Below are positions 25,754-32,000 of a stretch of DNA of 32,000 nucleotides, piece by piece. Position 1 is the first letter of the stretch, and each line of letters opens with the position of its first letter. The notes beneath the pieces were generated by a model. The model searched no databases, was not told the origin of the DNA, and saw only the letters and a program-made list of their open reading frames with translations. A program made the translations under genes and the position numbers. Source of the DNA: Geodermatophilus tzadiensis (GTDB taxonomy: Bacteria; Actinomycetota; Actinomycetes; Mycobacteriales; Geodermatophilaceae); assembly GCF_003002915.1 (NCBI RefSeq), contig NZ_PVTG01000024.1, forward strand, positions 19,642 through 51,641. Reading direction: 5' to 3'.

Positions 25754-27861
25754 CCGCGCAGCTGCTGGACCCCGTCGTCCAGCACCACATCGTCAACTCC
25801 CTCGGCTGGCCCGCGCTGCGGCCGCTGCAAGAGGCGTCCGTCGAACCGGTGCTGCGGGGCAACGACGCGCTGCTGCTCGCGCCGACTGCGGGGGGCAAGA
25901 CCGAGGCGGCCGTCTTTCCGCTGCTCTCCCGGATGACGCAGGAGAACTGGCGCGGGCTGACGGTTCTCTACGTCTGCCCGCTACGCGCGCTGCTCAACAA
26001 CCTGGAGCCGCGGCTGGCCGGGTACACATCCTGGCTGGGCCGGCGGGTCGGCCTCTGGCACGGAGATACCTCGGACTCGGTGCGCCGCCGGCTGCTCGTC
26101 GACCGGCCGGACATCCTTCTGACCACGCCGGAATCGCTGGAGTCGATGCTGGTCTCGACCCGCGTGACCCCGTCGCAGATGTTCGGTGATCTTCGTGCGG
26201 TTGTCGTCGACGAGGTGCACGCCTTCGCCGGCGACGACCGCGGCTGGCACCTGCTCGCCGTCCTGGAGCGGCTGGCGGAGGTCGCCGGCCGGCCGGTGCA
26301 ACGCATCGGGTTGTCGGCGACGGTGGGGAACCAGGAGGCGCTGCTGAACTGGCTGCAGGGCCCGGCCCGGACCGTCCGCACGGCGACCGTGGTGTCCCCT
26401 CCGGCCACAGCCGGACCACCCCCCGAGCTGGAGCTGGACTACGTCGCCAGCGTGCCCAACGCCGCCACGGTCATCTCGGCACTGCACCGCGGCGAGAAGC
26501 GGCTGGTGTTCGCCGACTCCCGGCGCACCGTGGAGGCACTGGCCGTCGCGCTGCGCGCACGGGGGACGACGACGTTCGTCTCCCACTCGTCGCTGTCCCG
26601 GGACGAGCGGCGGCAGGCCGAGCGCGCGTTCGCCGAGGCGCGCGACTGCGTGATCGTGTCGACCTCGACGCTGGAGCTGGGCATCGACGTCGGCGACCTG
26701 GACCGGGTGCTGCAGGTCGGCGCGCCCAGGACGGTTGCCTCGCTGCTGCAGCGGCTCGGCCGCACCGGTCGCCGTCCCGGGACGACGCGCAGCATGTTGT
26801 TCCTGGCCACCGAGGACGACCAGTTGCTGCAGGCGGCCGGGCTGCTGCAGCTGTGGTCGGAGGGCTTCGTCGAGCCGGTGGTGCCGCCGCCGGCGCCCCG
26901 GCACCTGGTGGGGCAGCAGCTGCTGGCGCTGTGCCTGCAGAAGGGGCGCGTGGGCGGATCGACTTGGACGCAGAGCCTCTCCGGGCTGGAACTGGCCACC
27001 GCGGAGGAGGCCGCGCGGATCAGCGAGTGGATGCTTGAGACCGGGCACCTGGACTCCGACTCGGGGATGCTCTTTGTCGGACCGGAGACCGAGCGGCGGT
27101 ACGGCTACCGGCACTTTCTGGAACTGCTGTCGGCGTTCACCGCCGACCCCGAGTTCACCGTGCTGCACGGCCGGGTCGAGGTCGGGACCGTCGACCCGCT
27201 TGTGATGACTCGAAAGGTCGAGGGACCTCGCGTTCTCGTGCTCGGCGGGCGGCCGTGGAAGGTGACGTTCATCGACTGGAAGCGGCGGCGGACGTTCGTC
27301 GAGCCGACGGACCTGCCCGGGAACTCGAAGTGGTCGGGCCTGGGGCAGCCGCTGTCGTTCGCGCTGACCGACGCCATGCGTCGGGTGGCGCTCGGCGCGG
27401 ACATGCCCGGGGTGTCGCTGACCCGCCGCGCTACCGAACGGCTGGCCGTGGTGCGTGAGGACATCGAGCCGACGGTGTCCACGGACACCAGCCTGGTGCT
27501 GCAGCACGACAGCGGCCTGGTGCGCTGGTGGACGTGGGCCGGTGGCCGGGCGAACGGCGTCCTGGCCGCGGCACTGTCTGCTGTGGCTCCCGGGCTGGTC
27601 GACGAGCTCGAGCGTTACGACAACCGGTACGTGAAGCTGCGCGGCGACGCGACCGCCGGCGCGGTACGCGAGGCCGTCGCCGAGGCGCGGAAGCGGTTCA
27701 GCGACGACCTGGCGGGCGTCGAGCCGAGCGTGTCGGACGAGTCACTGAAGCAGCTTAAGTTCGCCGACCTACTGCCGACTGATCTCGCCACCTCGACGCT
27801 CGGTCGGCGTGCCAGCGATCATGACGGCGCAGCGAAGGTCTTGCGTCGCCCGGTGGCCTGA
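25750..27861 (+). CDS. brxHI: BREX type 2 Lhr-like DEAD/DEAH-box helicase BrxHI
   Basis: 703 aa. The GTG start overlaps the brxD stop (GTGA). Helicase motifs are LLAPTAGGKTEAA (I), VVVDEVHAF (II, DEVH), LSATVGN (III) and LLQRLGRTGRRPG (VI). A long C-terminal Lhr-type extension follows. Confidence 0.87.
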   Translation: MTAQLLDPVVQHHIVNSLGWPALRPLQEASVEPVLRGNDALLLAPTAGGKTEAAVFPLLSRMTQENWRGLTVLYVCPLRALLNNLEPRLAGYTSWLGRRVGLWHGDTSDSVRRRLLVDRPDILLTTPESLESMLVSTRVTPSQMFGDLRAVVVDEVHAFAGDDRGWHLLAVLERLAEVAGRPVQRIGLSATVGNQEALLNWLQGPARTVRTATVVSPPATAGPPPELELDYVASVPNAATVISALHRGEKRLVFADSRRTVEALAVALRARGTTTFVSHSSLSRDERRQAERAFAEARDCVIVSTSTLELGIDVGDLDRVLQVGAPRTVASLLQRLGRTGRRPGTTRSMLFLATEDDQLLQAAGLLQLWSEGFVEPVVPPPAPRHLVGQQLLALCLQKGRVGGSTWTQSLSGLELATAEEAARISEWMLETGHLDSDSGMLFVGPETERRYGYRHFLELLSAFTADPEFTVLHGRVEVGTVDPLVMTRKVEGPRVLVLGGRPWKVTFIDWKRRRTFVEPTDLPGNSKWSGLGQPLSFALTDAMRRVALGADMPGVSLTRRATERLAVVREDIEPTVSTDTSLVLQHDSGLVRWWTWAGGRANGVLAAALSAVAPGLVDELERYDNRYVKLRGDATAGAVREAVAEARKRFSDDLAGVEPSVSDESLKQLKFADLLPTDLATSTLGRRASDHDGAAKVLRRPVA

Positions 27862-27960
27862 CGCAGGGCCAAGTGCGACAGCTTGCCAGGTCGCCGGCCG
27901 CGTCCTCGGGTCTAGGTCGGCACAGCAAGGCCAGCACGTTGTCGATGTTGCCCGCTGGAG

Positions 27961-28827
27961 CTACGCCTCCGTCGCGGGGGCAGGGAACGCCGGCGGCAAC
28001 GTCCTCAGGTGCTCCATGAGCCGGCCTGACCCCGCCCGCAGGCTGGCATAGGTGAGGCCCCCGGACACGATGCCACCGACCAGAGGCACGACCTTGGTCA
28101 CCGTCCTGGCGAAGATCTGCTTGTTGATCTGTACGCCGACCCGCTTCAGCGTCTGCTTGACCAGTGGGTAGTAGGCGGTCTGCGTGAGCGCCTTGCCCGC
28201 CAGCTGCTTCTGCAGCGCGGGGCGGGCGACGTTGTTGGCGAAGCCGGTCAGGGCCGTGCTGGCACCGGCGACACCCAGCATCACCCCCAGGAACGCGCCC
28301 AGTTCACCCAGCGTCTCGTCGTCCACCTCGTGGCAGTCATCGAGGAACGACTGCCACCCGTAGAGGTAGGCGAGCTTCTGCATGACGCGGAACGCGTGGA
28401 CGTAGTACTGGGCGATGTCGGCCGGCACGGTGCCGACGAGGGCGAAGCCTCCGGGCAGTCCCGCGGCGAACGCCATCGTCGCGGATTTCTTCGTCTCGAA
28501 GGCGATCGAGTGGCGGGCTACGTCGTCGAGGACTTCGGCTGCCACGCCTGCAGCGGCGGGGCGGTCGGCGACGGCTCGCGCGATGACGTCCTCCGCCACG
28601 CGCCTCCTCCGCAGCTCGGCGGTGAGGAAGTGCTCCCGGTCGATGCGTACGCCGCGCAGGCGCAGGAGCTTGCCCATGAAGGCCAGGGCGAAAGCCTCCC
28701 CATCGTCGTCCTGCGCACGAATTGTCGCGCCGATCCCGCCAGCCGCCGGGACGAGTTCATCCGGATCCCCACCTGGGCGGACGATCTCCGCGCTCACGCC
28801 CCCGCTGTCCCCGCTCACTCGCGCCAT
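27961..28827 (-). CDS. EcsC-family protein
   Basis: The C-terminal 288 codons of track ORF 27961..29271(-). IAFETKKSATMAFAAGLPGGFALVGTVPADIAQYYVHAFRVMQKLAYLYGW matches the EcsC-domain core. The start is placed at ATG 28827, preceded by GGAAGGG. The frame stays open upstream to 29271, so a longer N-terminus cannot be excluded. Confidence 0.72.
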   Translation of the reverse strand: MARVSGDSGGVSAEIVRPGGDPDELVPAAGGIGATIRAQDDDGEAFALAFMGKLLRLRGVRIDREHFLTAELRRRRVAEDVIARAVADRPAAAGVAAEVLDDVARHSIAFETKKSATMAFAAGLPGGFALVGTVPADIAQYYVHAFRVMQKLAYLYGWQSFLDDCHEVDDETLGELGAFLGVMLGVAGASTALTGFANNVARPALQKQLAGKALTQTAYYPLVKQTLKRVGVQINKQIFARTVTKVVPLVGGIVSGGLTYASLRAGSGRLMEHLRTLPPAFPAPATEA

Positions 28828-29339
28828 CCCTTCCGATGCGGCCCGCTGACGGACCTCCGGTTCGGACGCCAGTATCAGGACCGTGTCACCAACCGCGTTC
28901 CCGCCACTCCGGAGAGTGCAGGCCTTCCCCGGCAAGGAGGCTGTCCCGGGCGCAGCTGGGGTGGCACCGACGCTGATTCGGGCGGCGCGCCGAGCAACCG
29001 CTGGTTCGCGGCGTCGCCACGGCGCGTGACGTCGCCGACGGCCTTGCGGACGGTGTCGGCGGTCGGCTGGGCGAAGATGGTCCATGTCGTGGAGGCGTCC
29101 CCCTGCATCACCCAGCCGGCGAGGGTGGGGCCGCATCCCGTGACGTGGGCTCAGTGATCCCGACAACCTGTGCTGGCGCTGACCGGGTGTGTGCAGGGCG
29201 GCCGTGTCCACCTGCTCGTTCGGCGAGAGGCCTTCGACCTGCTTCGATTGACACGTTGACTGCGGTGTCATCAGACCGTCCGCGGGTCTCGTCCTCGATG
29301 GTGGGGAGAACTTAGGTTCCGCTGGCGTGGGGTGCTTGC

Positions 29340-30188
29340 GTGAAGCGGCCCTTATGTGACGGTCAGCGAGACCATGTCAACGCTTCTCGCACCGGTGTGG
29401 TCACGGTCGAAGCCGTCGAGGGAGGCGCAGTGGCGAGGTCGATCGAGGACTGGTTCGCGGATCATGAGCGTGAGCCGAGCGGTTCCTCAGAGGACGAGTT
29501 TGTCGAAGCCCAGCAGCCTTGGGACGTCCAGTCGGCGGGCGTGGTCACGACCCGATCGGCGCGTCGTGAGGTCGGCGTCCCCAACAGTCCAAAGTCGCGG
29601 CGGGGATCGTCCTCAGCGCGTGGAAAGAGGAAGCAGGCAGCGCAAGGGTATGGAGGATCCGGCGCAGGGCCGGAGGCAGGACGAGCGGCGGTGCCGCCGA
29701 TCTCGGGAACCCTGCGGCAAGCCATCCTTGCCGCCGCTCAAGCCAATCCGGGTGCTACCGCCAAAACCCTCGCGGCGAGTCTCACGAGGAAGGGCATACC
29801 GGTGAGCCCCGCCCAGGTGACCGCGGTCAGAACGGCGCCGACGTCGCCCCTGCGGACCGGTACCCACGCGAGGCGAGACCCCTCGATGCGGGAAAAGACG
29901 GAGAAGATCCGCCGCGCCGCCACAACCCATCCTCATCTCGGCGTACCGAAGTTGTTCTCACTGCTCCGCTCCCGCGGGATCACCGTGACTGAGGACCAGG
30001 TCGCGGCCGTGCTCCGGCAACTGCGCTCCTCGACTCGAGGGTCGCACCCGAGCGCGAGATCAGTACCGTCGGTCCCAGTCAATGACGTGTCCTCAGCGGC
30101 TCGAACAGGTCGAACCTCCCAGGACGCCGCGCTGTGTCCTTCCTGTGGTGTTCGCCCCAGCGCCTTGGGCATTTGTCGGTGTTCCTGA
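29340..30188 (+). CDS. Hypothetical protein: acidic N-terminus, basic linker, two tandem HTH-like modules, C-terminal Cys cluster
   Basis: 282-aa ORF with a GTG start; the true start is uncertain. Two similar ~40-aa modules are present: LRQAILAAAQANPGATAKTLAASLTRKGIPVSPAQVTAVR and KIRRAATTHPHLGVPKLFSLLRSRGITVTEDQVAAVLRQLR. The C-terminus CPSCGVRPSALGICRC resembles a zinc ribbon. GC3 is lower than in the core genes. Confidence 0.5.
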   Translation: MKRPLCDGQRDHVNASRTGVVTVEAVEGGAVARSIEDWFADHEREPSGSSEDEFVEAQQPWDVQSAGVVTTRSARREVGVPNSPKSRRGSSSARGKRKQAAQGYGGSGAGPEAGRAAVPPISGTLRQAILAAAQANPGATAKTLAASLTRKGIPVSPAQVTAVRTAPTSPLRTGTHARRDPSMREKTEKIRRAATTHPHLGVPKLFSLLRSRGITVTEDQVAAVLRQLRSSTRGSHPSARSVPSVPVNDVSSAARTGRTSQDAALCPSCGVRPSALGICRCS

Positions 30189-30499
30189 GCCGGCATCACT
30201 GGTCGGGGATGTCCAGGGGCTCGGTGACCCAAGGATCGCCGATCCCCACGTACGACAGCGAGCTGCACAAACACAATTTGTGGGCATCGGGTGGCCTCGA
30301 CCGTCGACTCCTCGCTTGGTCGGTGCCTGCGGATTAGGTATCTCGGCACGGCACCGTTTCGTCTACGCGAGTCGGCGCTGTGGTCGCGGCGCGGGCGCGC
30401 CGTCCCGGCGTCGGCTGTCCGCTCGGGCTCGCGCGCGCCTGACGCTCAGTAGTCTGCGGTCCGCTCCCGCAGACCTGGGGTCATCACCGAGGACGGTGC

Positions 30500-31015
<516 letters not shown>

Positions 31016-31210
31016 GCACCGGCGAGCGCCGGAGGTCAGCGTCCCCGCCCGGCCCACGACTTCGCGTTCGGGGCTACCAGTCGTCAGCGGCTGGGTGAAG
31101 CCTTGCCCGAGCCCATTGGTGGCCCCGAAGCCCCAGTGCGTCACGCGAAGAGCACGCCAGTGTAAGAGGTCGCCGGGGCGCAGCCTGGGTTGCGGGGCCA
31201 TGTGAGGGCT

Positions 31211-31237
31211 CGCCTGCGGATTACCTATCCGCAGGCG
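31211..31237. repeat. Perfect 11-bp-stem hairpin/palindrome CGCCTGCGGAT-TACCT-ATCCGCAGGCG
   Basis: Read directly from the sequence. Its left arm plus loop (31212-31229, GCCTGCGGATTACCTATC) repeats 30325-30342 (GCCTGCGGATTAGGTATC) at 16 of 18 positions. The two copies bracket the M41-like gene. Confidence 0.8.
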
Positions 31238-31262
31238 CATGATCTGACCTGCGCAAATTGAG

Positions 31263-31284
31263 GGTGTGGTCGCGGTGTGGTCGC
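31263..31284. repeat. Tandem duplication of an 11-bp unit (GGTGTGGTCGC x2)
   Basis: Read directly from the sequence. It lies in the intergenic region upstream of the partial ORF starting at 31515. Confidence 0.85.
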
Positions 31285-31514
31285 GGCATCCATGGGGGTG
31301 GCGCCTCCGCCGGCGGTCCGGCGGGACACCAGCCCTCCCAACGTAGGGAGCCGGCCGCTTCGCCTCCGGAGGCAGGGTTCCGGTCCTCTTCTTGCAGGCG
31401 GTGGCCCGGGCCCGGTCTTGCACCGCATACATCATCTCCCGAGACGCTTCTGGCGCCGCTGACGGTTATCGGCCACCCGGGCGGCCTCCCGCGCACCGTG
31501 CGACTGTCTCCGTC

Positions 31515-32000
31515 ATGACGCGGATAGCGGGGCAGGTTCAAATCGCGGCGGTGATCGAGGAACTTGCTAGGCGGCGGCCGGTGTTTCATTCCGAGGCAGA
31601 CTTTCAGTTCGCCTTCGCCCGCGCGGTCGACACTCTTGACCCGGAGGTTCAAATCCGGCTGGAGCTCCCCCTGCGGGAGGTGGAGGGCCTCAAGGGCTCC
31701 CAGTACCTCGACCTCATGTGCTTCCGTCCAGGCGCTCGGACGGCGATCGAGTTGAAGTACTTCACGCGTCGCTGGACGGGGACGGACGGCATCACCGACG
31801 AAGAGTTCAGGCTGCGCTACCACGCGGCCACCGACTTGGCGCGGCGGAACTTCGTCTTCGACCTAGCCCGGCTGGAGCAGTTCTGTCGTGCGGGCCTCGC
31901 CGAGAACGGCCTGGCCATCATGCTGACCAACGAGCCTAACCTGTGGTCGCCCTCAAGGCGCCGCTGTAGCAACGACCGGGAGTTCCACATGCCCGAAGGG
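31515..32000 (+). CDS. Partial CDS (N-terminal 162 codons, runs off the right edge): PD-(D/E)xK / NERD-like nuclease-fold candidate
   Basis: My own translation from ATG 31515 reads MTRIAGQVQIAAVIEELARRRPVFHSEADFQFAFARAVDTLDPEVQIRLELPLREVEGLKGSQYLDLMCFRPGARTAIELKYFTRRWTGTDGITDEEFRLRYHAATDLARRNFVFDLARLEQFCRAGLAENGLAIMLTNEPNLW... It is open to base 32000 and its codon usage looks coding. YLDLMCF...TAIELKY is a D-x(n)-E-x-K pattern like the EVDLIVL...LVELKY of the PglW NERD domain. The minus-strand track ORF 31221..31823 is probably its shadow. Confidence 0.55.
   Translation, partial: MTRIAGQVQIAAVIEELARRRPVFHSEADFQFAFARAVDTLDPEVQIRLELPLREVEGLKGSQYLDLMCFRPGARTAIELKYFTRRWTGTDGITDEEFRLRYHAATDLARRNFVFDLARLEQFCRAGLAENGLAIMLTNEPNLWSPSRRRCSNDREFHMPEG

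Noticed and set aside
30240-30250. An 11-nt direct match (CGATCCCCACG) to the tRNA-Lys T-arm (3958-3968), considered as a possible attR that would bound a ~26-kb island.
   Set aside because: Identity stops at 11 nt on both sides. The bases following it (TACGACA) cannot recreate an acceptor 3' strand complementary to GGGCCTC, which a true attR derived from the original tRNA end should preserve. With ~60 possible 11-mers from the tRNA and 64 kb of searched strand, a chance GC-rich match is plausible.
31211-31237. The hairpin shares the GCGGA/TCCGC stem with the tRNA-Lys anticodon arm, so I considered a degenerate tRNA or tRNA-like element.
   Set aside because: The 7-nt loop TTACCTA has a pyrimidine at position 37. 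No D arm, T arm (no GTTCGA-type loop) or acceptor pairing can be drawn from the flanking sequence on either strand.
31221-31823. 200-aa minus-strand ORF at the right end of the window.
   Set aside because: The opposite-strand frame starting at ATG 31515 gives a far more protein-like translation with a D...ExK motif and stays open to the window edge. The minus ORF is Pro/Arg/Gly-rich upstream of that overlap.

Overview
This is a high-GC, actinobacterial-type 32-kb window. The left ~3.9 kb looks like ordinary chromosome. It holds a partial membrane protein, a WrbA-type quinone reductase, a GtrA-family membrane protein, a DUF2231/Rieske fusion and a probable lipoprotein, and it ends at tRNA-Lys(UUU) (3903-3975). 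An integrated element starts directly 3' of the tRNA. It carries a tyrosine integrase whose ORF reads antisense into the tRNA, a 253-aa HTH protein, divergent Xre- and Xis-type regulators, a chain of small translationally coupled ORFs, a RepA/AAA_25-like ATPase and an iteron-like CTGACAC repeat cluster (candidate ori). About 1 kb of poorly coding DNA follows. Next comes a complete, intact six-gene type 2 BREX / Pgl locus, pglW-pglX-pglY-pglZ-brxD-brxHI (9884-27861). Downstream lie four accessory genes: an EcsC-family protein, a double-HTH/Zn-ribbon protein, a stand-alone M41-like metallopeptidase domain, and a PD-(D/E)xK-like ORF that runs off the right edge. The BREX locus belongs to a known system class. 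The less expected observations are: (i) a ~1.8-kb low-GC block inside pglX covering the NPPY motif and the presumed target-recognition region; (ii) BREX apparently carried as cargo of a small int-xis-rep-ori element with no attR in the window; (iii) the uncharacterised EcsC / HTH-Zn / M41-like / nuclease-like cluster next to BREX; (iv) several short repeat and palindrome sets. All calls come from reading the sequence and the ORF translations. No database search was run.
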